From: Felis catus
Taxonomy: Eukaryota
Direction of reading: 5' to 3'
Assembly (NCBI RefSeq): GCF_018350175.1
Contig: NC_058368.1
Coordinates: 153,824,001 to 153,888,000 of the forward strand
Length of the DNA stretch: 64,000 nucleotides
Part shown: positions 26,138 through 42,032 of the stretch, piece after piece
Layout: every line of letters starts with the position of its first letter
How positions within the stretch are numbered: the first letter of the stretch is position 1
The notes under the pieces: generated by a model
Databases searched by the model: none
What the model was told of the DNA's origin: nothing
Seen by the model: the letters and a program-made list of their open reading frames with translations, nothing else
Position numbers and translations under genes: made by a program

Positions 26138-26659
26138 TTACAAATGTATAGTAGTTAATTATATTCTTATAGCACAATATATTTATTTTATTGTTGACAG
26201 ACATTTATCCAGATTTTGTACTCAAAAAATAGTCCTGTATATATGCATATTCTAGTGAATGTGCACATGGTGTCCATGTGTACAAATTCCTCTAGGACAT
26301 TTTTGGGTCACAGAACATGGGTATTTTTAACTTTTCTAGGTAAAGGTAAATTGTTTCCAAAGTGTGAATCAAAACCAGTAGCATATAAGTTTGCTCATGG
26401 TTTTATAGTATTGTATATTGTGTGTTCATCAAGTATTGTCCATGCTCAATGTTGTCAAAATGTAATATTTTTGCTAATGTGGTGTGCTGGTTTATGAAGA
26501 AGTAATTTAATGAATGTCTTTGATTACTAAAAAGATTGGGTATCTTTTCCTATGCTTTGTTAAGCAATTAAGTTTCCTACAGTGTGAATAATCTCTTCAA
26601 GATATTTGACAATTTCTATTTAATTTCTTAACCTTATTACATAGAATTCTAGGAGTACT

Positions 26660-26905
26660 AGTCACTCTCCAAAGGATTCATTTCTGGTTGCTTCTACCAT
26701 AAAATTGCTCTTTTCAAAGTCTTAACTGATTTCCATGTTAACAAATCCAATGGATAATTTTCCGTCTTTATTTTACTTGATTTTTAAATTTCTGCAATGC
26801 CCTTAACAACTCCTTTTTTTTCTTTCTTTCTTTTTTTTTTTTACATCATATTCCCCTGATTTTTCTCTACCTTGGCTTTTTTCAGTCTCTGCCTGTTTGT
26901 TTTCT
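26660..26905 (+). mobile_element. L2 fragment, left part (resumes at about 34950-35420)
   Basis: aaaattgctcttttcaaagtc..aactgatttccatgtta.caaatccaatgga is an L2 motif; continuation ends ..taaatattcttgaataaa. Confidence 0.6.
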
Positions 26906-26920
26906 ACTCTTCTTCTTTTT

Positions 26921-27305
26921 ATTTTTTTTAAATTTCATTTTATTTTTTTAAATTTACATCCAAATTAGTCAGCATATAGTGCAAAAATGATTTCAGGAGT
27001 AGATTCCTTAGTGCCCCTTACCCATTTAGCCCATCCCCCCTCCCACACCACCTCCAGTAACCCTCAGTTTGTTCTCAATATTTATGAGTCTCTTCTTTTT
27101 TGTCCCCCTCCCTGTTTTTATATATTTTTGCTTACCTTCCCTTGTGTTCATCTGTTTGGTATCTTAAAGTCCTCATGAGTGAAGTCATGATATTTGTTTT
27201 TCTCTGACTGACTAATTTCACTTAGCACAATTCCCTCCAGTTCTATCCACGTAGTTGCAAATGACAAATTTCATTCTTTTTTGATTACCGAGTAATACTC
27301 CATTG

Positions 27306-27359
<54 letters not shown>

Positions 27360-28278
27360 TGCCACATCTTCTTTATCCATCCATCCATCAATGGACATTG
27401 GGCTCTTCCCATACTTTGTCTATTGTTGACAGTGCTGCTATGACATTGGGGTGCACTTGTCCCTTCGTAATGGCACACCTGTATCCCTTGGATAAATACC
27501 TAGTAGTGCAATTGCTGGGTTGTAGGGTAGTTCTATTTTTAGTTTTTTGAGGAACCTCCATACTGTTTTCCAGAGTGGCTGCACCAGCTTGCATTGCCAC
27601 CAGCAGTGAAAAAGAGATCCTTTTTCTCTGCATCCTCACCAACATCTGTTGTTGCCTGAGTTGTTAATGTTAGCCATTCTGACAGGTGTCAGGTGGTATC
27701 TCATTGTGGTTTCCATTTGTATTTCCCTGATGATTAGTGATGTTGAGCATTTATTCATGTGTCAGTTGGCCATCTGGATGTCTTCTTTGGAGAAGTGTCT
27801 ATTCTTGTCTTTTGCCCATTTCTTCACTGGATTATTTGTTTTTTGGGTGTTGAGTTTGAGAAGTTCTTTATAGATTTTGGATACTAACCCTTTATCTGAT
27901 ATGTCACTTGCAAATATCTTCTCCCATTCTGTTAGTTGCCTTTTAGTTTTGCTGATTGTTTCCTTCACTGTGCAGAAGCTTTCTATTTTGATGAGGTCCC
28001 AGTAGTTCATTTTTGCTTTTGTTTCCCTTGCCTCTGGAGACGTGTTGAGTAAGAAGTTGCTGCAGGTAAGATCAAAGAGGTTTTTGCCTGCTTTCTCCTC
28101 AAGGATTTTGATGGCTTCCTGTCTTACATTGAGGTCTTGCATCCATTTTGAGTTCATTTTTGTGTATGATGTAAGAAAGTTGTCCAGGTTCATTCTTCTA
28201 CATGTCGCTGTCCAGTTTTTCCAGCACCACTTGCTGAAGAGACTGTCTTTATTCCATTGGATAGTCTTTCCTGCTTTG
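26921..28278 (-). mobile_element. Host L1, non-inverted 3' arm (different 3' UTR subfamily)
   Basis: Poly(T), 3' UTR and ORF2 C-terminus (ORF 27762-28193, minus); left TSD cttcttcttttt at 26909-26920. Confidence 0.94.
27310..27356. repeat. (TA)n microsatellite inside L1
   Basis: Direct read. Confidence 0.95.
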
Positions 28279-28379
28279 GCAATAAATTCTCATCTTTCAG
28301 TACTCACTCTAAACGGCAGTGGACTCAATGCTCCAATCAAAAGACATAGGGTAACAGAATGGATAAGAAAACAAAATCC
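28277..28379 (+). mobile_element. Host L1, inverted arm part 1 (ORF2 N-terminus)
   Basis: Encodes [34 protein letters not shown], the start of the L1 endonuclease. Confidence 0.9.
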
Positions 28380-29276
28380 GAAGATGGAGGCGTAGGAAGA
28401 CGCTGGGCCACCTCGTCCTGCTGATCACTTAGATTCCACCTACACCTGCCTAAATAACCCAGCAAACCGCCAGAAGACTAGCAGAACGGATTCTCCGGAG
28501 CCAAGCGTAGACGAGAGGCCCATGGAAGAGGGTAGGAAGGGCGGCAAGGTGGTGCGCGCTACATGGACTGGCGGGAGGGAGCCGGGGTGGAGAGGCGGCC
28601 CGCAGGCCAAGCAGAGACCCCGAGTCTGGCTTGCAAAAGTGGAGGGGCCAGACAGAGTGTCTTCAGACAGCGAGCGGGACTTAAATCTGGAAGGTTATAA
28701 GTTAACAGCTCTGCTCAGAGAGTGGGAGGGCTGGAGGACAACGGGAAGGAGAGTTGTTGAGCCCCGGACGATAGAGCTGAGCTTGGCGGGGAAAAAAGGC
28801 GCTTGCCAGCACCATCTCCCTTGCACATCCCCCAGCCAAAATCCCAAAGGGAACCAGTTCCTGCCAGGGAACTTGCTTGCACCCTGCAAATACCCAACGC
28901 TGTGCTTCTGCGGAACCATCCCTCCAGCAGCGGGTCTGACTCCCTCCTGGTGCCGCAGGTCCCCTCCCAAAGTGGATTACTGAAGGATAAGCAAGGTGAC
29001 CCTGCCCCTCCTGCCCCTGTGCACCTTGCCAATCCACCCTGGCTAATACGCCAGATCCCCAGCACCACAAGCCTGGCAGTGTGCAAGTAGCCCAGATGGG
29101 CCACGCCACCCCACAGTAAATCCCACCCCTAGGAGAGGGGAAGAGAAGGTACACACCAGTCTGACTGTGGCCCCAGCAGTGGGCTGGGGGCAGGCATCAG
29201 GTCTGACTGCGGCCCCGCCCACCAATGCAAGTTATTCAAGACAGCACAGGGGAAGTGCCCTGCAGTTCTTTCCAAA
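28380..29276 (+). promoter_or_regulatory. L1 5' UTR internal promoter
   Basis: GC-rich with CpGs retained; YY1-like AAGATGG at the 5' end; lies upstream of ORF1. Confidence 0.7.
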
Positions 29277-30165
29277 ATGATGAAATGGAAGAATTCCCCT
29301 GAAAAGAATCTCCAGGAAATAACAACAGCTAACGAACTGATCAAAAAGGATTTAAACAATATAACAGAAAGTGAATTCAGAATAATAGTCATAAAATTAA
29401 TTGCTGGGCTTGAAAACAGTATAGAGGACAGCAGAGAATCTCTTGCTACAGAGATCAAGGGACTAAGGAACAGTCAGGAGGAGCTAAAAAATGCTATAAA
29501 CGAGCTGCAAAATAAAATAGAAATGACCACAGCTCAGATTGAAGAGGCAGAGGAGAGAATAGGTGAACTAGAAGATAAAATTATGGAAAAAGAGGAAGCT
29601 GAGAAAAAGAGAGATAAAAAAATCCAGGACTATGAGGGGAAAATTAGAGAACTAAGTGATGCACTAAAGAGAAATAATCTACGCGTAATTGGTATCCCAG
29701 AGGAGGAAGAGAGAGGGAAAGGTGCTAAAGGGGTACTTGAAGAAATAATAGCTGAGAACTTCCCTGAACTGGGGAAGGAAAAAGGCATTGAAATCCAAGA
29801 GGCACAGAGAACTCCCTTCAGACGTAACTTGAATCGATCTTCTGCACGACATATCATAGTCAAAATACAAGGATAAAGAGAAAATTCTGAAAGGAGCGAG
29901 GGATAAACGTGCCCTAACGTATAAAGGGAGACCTATGAGACTCGTGACCGGTCTCTCTACTGAAACTTGGCAGGCCAGAAAGGAATGGCAGGAGATCTTC
30001 AATGTGATGAACAGAAAAAAAAATATGCAGCCGAGAATCCTTTATCCAGCAAGTCTGTCATTTAGAATAAAAGGAGAGATAAAGGTCTTCCCAAACAAAC
30101 AAAAACTGAAGGAATTCGTCACCACTAAACCAGCCCTACAAGAGATCCTAAGGGGGACCCTGTGA
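29277..30165 (+). pseudogene. L1 ORF1p, frameshifted near 29860
   Basis: 199-aa ORF with coiled coil and KRNNLRVIGIPEEEE RRM; C-terminal domain (QARKEW, PRILYPASLSF) continues in another ORF 29935-30165. Confidence 0.93.
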
Positions 30166-30215
30166 GACAAAGTACCAGAGACATCGCTACAAGCATGAAA
30201 CCTACAGACATCACA

Positions 30216-34037
<3,822 letters not shown>

Positions 34038-34262
34038 GAAACTTAACAGAAACCCATGGGGAAGGGGAAGGGAAATAAAAGAGGTTCGAGTGGGAGAGAG
34101 CCAAAGCGTACGAGACTCTTAAAAACAGAACAAACTAAGGGTTTATGGGGAGTGGGAGGGAGGGGAGGGTGGGTGATGGGTATTGAGGAGGGCACCTTTT
34201 GGGATGAGCACTGGGTGTTGTATGGAAACCAATTTGACAATAAATTTCATATAGTAAAAAAA

Positions 34263-34935
34263 AAGAATACAAAATCCATCTATATGCTGTTTACAAGAGA
34301 CCCACTTTAGACCTAAAGACACCTTAAGATTGAAAGTAAGTGGGTGGAGAACCATCTATCATGCTAATGGTCAACAAAAGAAAGTCGGAGTAGGCATACT
34401 TATATCAGACAATCTAGACTTTAAAATACAGACTGTATCAAGAGATGCAGAAGGGCATTATATCATAATCAAGGGGTCTATCAACCAAGAAGACCTAACA
34501 ATTGTAAACATTTATGCGCCAAATGTGGAAGCACCCAAATATATAAATTAATCACAAACATAAAGAAACTCGTCGATAGTAATAACATAATAGTAGGAGA
34601 CTTCAACATCCCATTCACAGCAATGGACAGATCATCTAATCAAAAAATCAACATGGAAACAATGGCTTTGAATGACACACTGAACCAGATGGAGTTAACT
34701 GATATATTCAGAATATTTCATCCTAAAGCAGCAGAATATACATTCTTCTCCAGTGCATATAGAATATTCTCCAGAATAGACCACATACTGGGACACAAAT
34801 CAGCCCTCAGCAAGTACAAAAAGATCGAGATCATACCGTGCATATTTTCAGACCACAATGCTATGAAACTCGAAATCAACCACAAGAAAAAATTTGAAAG
34901 GTAAAAAATACTTGGAGACTGAAGAACATCCTACT
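34263..34935 (+). mobile_element. Host L1, inverted arm part 2 (ORF2 endonuclease region)
   Basis: Continues collinearly from 28379 (ORFs 34330-34551 and 34623-34904); right TSD cttcttcttttt at 34934-34945. Confidence 0.92.
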
Positions 34936-35959
34936 TCTTCTTTTTTTAACCAATCTCCAATAACTAGTGTTTTAGGGCTCTATCCTAAACTCTCTTTTGT
35001 TTTCATTATCGGTTTTCCTGGAACATTTAGGTGAGTGGCTCTTTTTTGCCTAAAATCTACAGTACATTTTCTTTCTTCCTCTCTAAAACCACCTTCCAGT
35101 CCTTGCCTCTCTCTTTCTCTCTCCTCCACCATTACCCAATTCTCGCTGATTTTAACACTTATTTAACACTACATGTTTCATATTCAATGGAAATTACCCT
35201 GGAAGATCTTCCCCAACTTCTCAGTCCACATGGTATAATATTTTATTACCCTGTGCTTCTCTTGTATATGTAGTCATTTGTGTATTTGTTTCTTGACCAT
35301 ATACCCCAGTAGACTCAAAGATTCATGTGTTGACTTTGTATTTGTTTTTCACACATTTCCTCTAGGCTGAATATTGTTCAGATCAATAGTGAGGTTTTAA
35401 TAAATATTCTTGAATAAAAGAATAAGCAGCGTCAGGCCTATGACTTTGGATAAGTGAATGATGATACTTTAGAGGAATTTAAGAGGGAAGAGTTTGTCAG
35501 AGAAGGTGAAGAGTTTAGTTTGAACACATGATGTTCCAAAAGCTTTTGAGTAGGATATTCAAGAAGAAGGGCAGTAGGAGGCTTTGATATGTGGATCTGA
35601 AACTGAAGAAGACAGGATGGCTTGAGATTATTGATTTGGAAGTTATCAATACATAGAGGATAAATGAGATAAGGAGGATAAAAAATGGCCCAGGGAGTGT
35701 GTGCAGCCTGAGAAAAAAAAAGAAAGACTATACACAGATGCACCCTAGGGGGTGATCTGATCAAAGTCATCACTTTCCTCTTTATGAGAAGGTTTTCTAA
35801 GCTCAACACATTGGGACTGAGAAGCACTGACTTATAGAAATAAAATATTTAACTTTCCCACTTTTCTTAATATTCATTTTTCATATTTCCATATCCTCTA
35901 TCATGGTTGGAACATTGTAAAGTAGGAAGACATCTGTCTGTGTGTGCTTATTATTTCTT

Positions 35960-36178
35960 TTTTTTTTTTTTCAACGTTTTATTTATTTTTTTGGGGACAG
36001 AGAGAGACAGAACATGAACGGGGGAGGGGCAGAGAGAGAGGGAGACACAGAGTCGGAAACAGGCTCCAGGCTCTGAGCCATCAGCCCAGAGCCCGACGCG
36101 GGGCTCGAACTCACGGACCGCGAGATCGTGACCTGGCTGAAGTCGGACGCTTAACCGACTGCGCCACCCAGGCGCCCC
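35960..36178 (-). mobile_element. Young SINEC_Fc-type SINE
   Basis: CpGs largely intact; perfect 17-bp TSD tgtgcttattatttctt 35943-35959 / 36179-36195. Confidence 0.97.
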
Positions 36179-36234
36179 TGTGCTTATTATTTCTTAAACC
36201 ATTGTACTTCTTAACGTCCTCAGCCCTCTAAAAG

Positions 36235-36720
36235 ACTCACAATAAAACCCAAAGTCTTAAATCACAGCCTGTATGGTCCTCTGTTTCTTCCCAGCACAAC
36301 TTTGTCCTCTTTGTCTTCTCCCTCTGTGCTTTTTCATCTGCTTTGACCATGCAGGCCACCTCAGTATTCTCTGAAGATGCCAAGTGCCCCCTGCCTCAAG
36401 TACTTACCTTGATGAAGGCATGTTCTCCTGATGTATTTACGCAGCCAGTTCCCTTCTTCATATTTCTGGTCAAATATCACCTTAACTGAATGGCTTTACT
36501 TACATCTCTATCTGAAATAGCAAACTGTCCCCTTTACTCTGCTTTAGTTTTCTTTCTCTCCTATTTATTTAATTTGTGTCTCTTCCCTGTCCCTCTCTTC
36601 AATATAATAAGGTTAATGAGAACATTAATCCTTAGTGTTTGGCTCATTCTTATAACCTTAACACTTGTAACAGTACTTAACACTTAAAAGCTACTCCACA
36701 ATGCTTGTGGAATGAATAAG
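36235..36720 (+). mobile_element. L2 3' fragment, followed by a MIR at about 36760-37010
   Basis: ctcacaataaaacccaaagtctt...ggtcaaatatcacct...ttgtggaatgaat L2 terminus. Confidence 0.6.
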
Positions 36721-37711
36721 GGTGTCAAAAAAGATAGCAGAAGATTCAGAAGAGTTTTGGCATAGTGGTTAAGTTCAAGGATTATGGTCTGCCTGCCTGT
36801 GTGTGACTCTATCACACTTGTTGGGCAAATTGCTTACTGTCCTTACCACATTTACCTTATATTTCAATTTAAGACCATAATTCCACTGAGTTCATAGTGT
36901 TACCATAAGGGTTAAAAAACAGATTGCACAGAAAACCCTTGTTCTATGTGCTTGTTCCAATGCCCTGTACATAGGAAGCCCTTAATAAGCACTTAACCCT
37001 TATTATTAACAGCCCAAATCAATGCAGCTTATGGATTTCACCATTTATTTGGGAAATATTTATTGAGTACCACTACATGCTAGACATTTTGCTGGAGACT
37101 GAGGTTTACACTGATTAATAGGATACAGATATACCTTAGAAACTATTTCGTGAGATCAGAAATTAAAGATATATTTATCATTTAGATAATTGTGAATCAA
37201 CCTGCCATTTATTATGAAGTGTCCAATACTAAAATGCTCTTTAGAAGAATAGCATTTTTTTTACTTTATACATCTGTAAATAGCAATTCAAATTTCCACC
37301 AGGGCTTAGCACCTTGATATTTACTGAAACTCTAACTCTGGGAAAATTCTTCCTTCAGCTCATGTGTTATTGATCCTCAGCTCAATGAAGAGAAACATAA
37401 AAATCTTCTAATAATTATACTCCCACTCCAAAATCTGTGGTTTACAAGCATGGGAAATAGTCAATGATAGATTCAAGATACTGCCCCTTTATCATTTATC
37501 TTAATTTAAATGTTATCCATCTTTGCATTTTTATTCCTTGTGAATTGAGGAAGCAATGAGAAAATGTGGCTTATGGCTTAAAATAACATGTATATAGGTA
37601 TTCAAAAACGTTTTTTGTTCTGCCAATCCTTACCACTCACCCTAAGCATGTGTTCAGGTAAGCACCATTCAACATTTCTTGGTGACCATGTCTTGTTAAG
37701 AATTTCCTTTA

Positions 37712-37713
<2 letters not shown>

Positions 37714-37757
<44 letters not shown>
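37714..37757. repeat. (TG)n microsatellite
   Basis: Direct read. Confidence 0.95.
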
Positions 37758-37758
<1 letters not shown>

Positions 37759-38809
37759 ATTCTCTCAAAAACTCCTTTAAAGATCCTGTGTCATGTTGCC
37801 TAAATCCTTGCTTATCACCTTGTGGGTCATGTTCATTTGTTGGTTGCTGAATGATATTTTTCTGTTTTTAGAAGCATATCATTTAATCTGAATTTCCTCA
37901 ACATTAAAAAAAATAATTTGTAAGAAGCAAGATGAAGGCCTCTCTTCAAATCAGTTCTGTTGTGTTCTCCAGGAAATTAACAATCCATCTGGTCTTATGA
38001 GTAGCTAGTATAATTTAGGCAGTATTAAAGAGTCTCCTCTTCTTATCCCATTCCTCCAAACAAAAACATTCCTAACAATTGCTAGCCAGAGTGTAAAATA
38101 CACATTTACATATAATTCTTTTGGATCCTGAAAGTTCTTAATCCTTTCAGAGTCTTGTGTTCAAATAAAAGTAATAATGAAGGGAATGTAAGCTCTATCT
38201 TTTATTACTCTGTCACTCTAGTAACTTCAGAAATATCATGTGTGTCTCTACAGGGGTGGGAGATAGTGTCTTGGTATGTGGGGAGGGGACATTGTAAAAA
38301 AGGGAAGAGACATTGCAGAAGGGACTTATGAGAATGACAAAGATAAAAATCATGTATTTTACGCTTTCTCCTAGACACTTCCATGAGAAAGTTGATTTAG
38401 ATCAGTGAACTAGAATGCAGTAAAATTCTCAAATTTCAGAACAAAAGGAATATTTTTGAATTAATTGGGTTTTTATTGTCACTTGTACTTTTACTAATGG
38501 GAGGACATAATATTTGATAAAATTAATTTAGTCTTATTAAGTTCTTCCTTTGATATCAGAAACTTTTAATTTCAAAAAATATTTCCTATTAAGTTTGTGA
38601 GTCAGTTACCAACCTTCCACTGAACCCATTATTAGTGATATGGAAACTTAGGATGTTACCAGTATGTGCTTATAAATGAGCTGTTCTAAATAGTGCCATA
38701 CTTTTGCAATAGTTTTAGCCCAAGATATACTTCTACTTTCATTGTTAATTTATTTTTGCTCCAGTAGGCTTCAGCTTGCCCCCAAAGAGTTTTTGAGCTA
38801 AGCCTCACA

Positions 38810-39017
38810 ATTTTTTTTTTAAATTTTTAATATTTAGGTATTTTTGAGAGACAGAGAGACAGAATGTGAGTGGGGTAGGAGCAGAGATAGGGAGACACGA
38901 AATCTAAAGCAGGCTCCATGCTGCAGAGAGCCCAACACAGGGCTCAAACCCACAAACCATGAGATCATGACCTGAGCTGAACTCAGATGCTTTACCAGCT
39001 GAGCCACCCAGGGATCC
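38810..39017 (-). mobile_element. Can-SINE
   Basis: Reverse GGATCCCTGGGTGGCTCAGCTGGTAAAGC head; T-rich tail; no clear TSD. Confidence 0.88.
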
Positions 39018-39249
39018 TGTGGTTGTTTTTAATGAAAAAGCATATTGCCATTGGCAAACCAGGTATAATGCTCATGACTGAAGGAATTATGAAACTCCTA
39101 GGGATGAGCTGGGAGTTTTAATACTCTGCTTAAATCAAGCAGAGGAATTAGATTCAGTGCTGAGAGAGGGGAACACTGTTTACCATTGCACATCTCTTTG
39201 GTGGCTGATTCAAACCAGTCTCCATACCAGATGAAAAAGGCAGGCTTCT

Positions 39250-40935
39250 CCTAGTCAACAAAGCTTACAATCTTGTGCTGAAATAAAACAAATAAGCCAT
39301 CCATTAGCATACGATATTTCAAGCTTTCTGAGAGAGACCAAAGAAGACACCAGAGAGAACTTTCAGCTGTATCTTGAATGTTGTTCAAGAAGTTGGGAGT
39401 AAAAGATGGACATTCTGGGAAGAAAGATGCATGTGCCCAGTAGAAGCCATGAGAAGTAACCTCAGATGTCTCCTAAGGCAAGATCAGAAGGATGGCGAAG
39501 AGTGCTGAGAAATAGGGCAGGAGACGCAGGGTTTTTTTTTTAAAGCGTGGTTGGGTATGGACTTCATTTTGTAGATCATAGAAACTGCTGAAGTTTTATA
39601 AAGATAATTCGAAGTGCATTTTGAAATATAGATTAATGTCAGAATGATATTGCTGTAATCAAGGCAAGAAATCAAGATGAAACTGATGAAGTTGGTTGCT
39701 AGTCAGAATTGAGAAGACGGGAGGAATTTCCAAGTTGCTTTGGGTAACTGATTGGCTAGAGAATGAAAGGAAGGTTTCTTGCTTGACAACCAGTTCTATG
39801 GTAGTGTTATGTTGACAGAGCGTATGGAGGGAGAAAATATATAACAGGGAAAGAGAATTTGTAGCTTAAGCACCTTTAACCTGAGGTTAGTAGGATAGAT
39901 GGATAAAAACACATTGTAGGAAATTAATACCAATGATTAGTAGCTTTATAAGGTGATCTTGTCAAGAGATACAGGGTATTAGAAGTTGTCAGGAATAGGA
40001 ATGAGATAACACAGAGAATGAGTGAAATGAGGCTAGAAATGGAGGAAGTAGGGAACACTGAAGCGCATGGAAACTTAAGGGCCTGTCAGATAAGGCCAAT
40101 CTCCAAAAGAGAAACAGGGTGCCTTTAGTAAGTGAGTAGAGAACCACAGAATGTTGCATTATCCTAGCTTAGGGAGGAAAAACCTTAAAAAATGTGGGAA
40201 TGGTCAGTACTGCCAAAGGTATCTTTGGGAGCAAGGAAAATGAGGACTTAAAAGTTGACCCTTGAGTTTGGTAATTAAGAGATGATTAGTGATTTTAACA
40301 AAAGCAATTTTATTTTGGATATTAACCCTATATCAGATATATCATTTGCAAATATCCTCTCCCATTCAATAGGTTGCCTTTTCAGTTTGTTCATGGCTTC
40401 CTTTGTTGTGCAAAAGCTTTTTATTTTGGTGTATTCCCAATAGTTTATTTTTGTTTTTGTTTCCCTTGCCTGAAGATACATATCCATAAAAATCTTGCTA
40501 AGGCCAATGTCCAAACGACCACTGCCTGTGTTTTCTTTGAGAAGTTCTATAGTTTCAGGTCTCATATTTAGGTCATTAGTCCATTTGGGTTTATTTTTGT
40601 GTACATTGTAAGTAGTCCGGTTTCATTCTTTTGCAGGTAGCGATCCAGTTTTCTGTGCACCCATGTATTGAAGAGACTTTTTTTCCTCCATTGTATATTT
40701 TTGTCTTATTTGTCATGGATTAATTGACCATATAGGGATGGGTTTGTTCCTGGGCTCTCTATTCTGTTCTCCTGATCTAGGTTTCTATTTTAGTACCAAC
40801 ACCATTCTGTTTTGATAACTGCACCTTTGTAGTGTATCTTGAGATTTGGGATTGTGTGAACAAGAGTAAATTTTAATGGTGAAGAAGTGACTGGGAATTG
40901 TGGAAAGTGAACAGCAGATGCATATTATTCCTTAA
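39250..40935 (-). mobile_element. L2 relic, interrupted by an L1 fragment
   Basis: Purine-rich antisense L2 motifs (ggtatggacttcattttgtag..actgctgaagttttataa; gaggacttaaaagttgacccttgagtttgg). Confidence 0.55.
40312..40856 (-). mobile_element. L1 ORF2 internal fragment, truncated at both ends
   Basis: ORF 40275-40565 RPETIELLKEN...KIKSFCTTKE...EWERIFAN; degenerate flanking duplication aacaaaagcaatttta / aacaagagtaaatttta. Confidence 0.9.
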
Positions 40936-40949
40936 AAATTGTGAGTCTA

Positions 40950-41167
40950 GGGGCGCCTGGGTGGCGCAGTCGGTTAAGCGTCCGACTTCAGCCAGGTCAC
41001 GATCTCGCGGTCCGTGAGTTCGAGCCCCGCGTCAGGCTCTGGGCTGATGGCTCGGAGCCTGGAGCCTGTTTTGGATTGTGTCTCCCTCTCTCTCTCTGCC
41101 CCTCCCCCGTTCATGCTCTGTCTCTCTCTGTCCCAAAAATAAATAAACGTTGAAAAAAAATTTAAGA
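40950..41167 (+). mobile_element. Young SINEC_Fc-type SINE
   Basis: CpG-intact; perfect TSD aaaaattgtgagtcta 40934-40949 / 41168-41183. Confidence 0.97.
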
Positions 41168-41812
41168 AAAAATTGTGAGTCTAAAAGACATAGGAAACTA
41201 AAAAAAAAAGTTGTGATTTAAAAGAGTGGCAAAAAGAGTGGGCAAGGCAAAAAATGTGTTCTAAATCTTATTTTTCATCTTTCCTTTTTCCAATGAAAGA
41301 TTAATAAAAGAACCTAGCTTAGAAGAAAAACATTAAAGAAATAAATTGTATGTAATATCAATTTTCACAAGTGATTTTATAAAATAAATAAAAGAGATTT
41401 AATGTCAATAGAAGCAGAGGGGTATCTCAGAATAAAGGTGATCCTTGATATTAAATACTTTATGAAAAACTTTATTTCTTTTCTATTATGATGTTGATCA
41501 GTTAAAACTTGATTGTTGAGCATAACTATTGATCTAGATAAAAGGCAAAGGTCTATTCTTGAATAGGAAAAGGGCCATGTCTTTCCTGAAAGCAGCATGG
41601 GGTGAAATAATGATGTTTGAGGAGTGTATCATTTTTTTGAAAAAGGTAAGAGGCAGAAAGCTGAGAAAATAAATTCTAGATGATCTTGGTTTTCTCTACC
41701 AAATAAGAGGCAAATATATACCAAGGATAAGTAGGGAAATATTTAATACTGGTTTCAAATGAATAAGTGAAGTTTTCGGACACATACTCTGGAAACAAAA
41801 AAATAATGCCAA

Positions 41813-42032
41813 GGGGCGCCTGGGTGGCGCAGTCGGTTAAGCGTCCGACTTCAGCCAGGTCACGATCTCGCAGTCCGTGAGTTCGAGCCCCGCGTCGGGC
41901 TCTGGGCTGATGGCTCAGAGCCTGGAGCCTGTTTCCAATTCTGTGTCTCCCTCTCTCTCTGCCCCTCCCCCGTTCATGCTCTGCCTCTCTCTGTCCCAAA
42001 AATAAAATAAAAACGTTGAAAAAAAAATTAAA
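41813..42032 (+). mobile_element. Young SINEC_Fc-type SINE
   Basis: CpG-intact; perfect TSD aaaaaaataatgccaa 41797-41812 / 42033-42048. Confidence 0.97.

Noticed and set aside
28522..29225. Overlapping 90-150 aa ORFs on both strands
   Set aside because: By-products of the GC-rich L1 5' UTR; no evidence that they are an ORF0 equivalent
39124..39144. 8-bp inverted repeat ctctgctt/aagcagag
   Set aside because: Short enough to be expected by chance in 64 kb
40950..41030. tRNA gene (A/B-box-like sequence)
   Set aside because: tRNA-derived head of a Can-SINE, followed by the SINE body, tail and TSD
35944..41999. Repeated peptide GQRE.EHERGRGRERGRHR in ORFs 35944-36231 and 41676-41999
   Set aside because: Antisense translation of near-identical SINE copies, not a gene family
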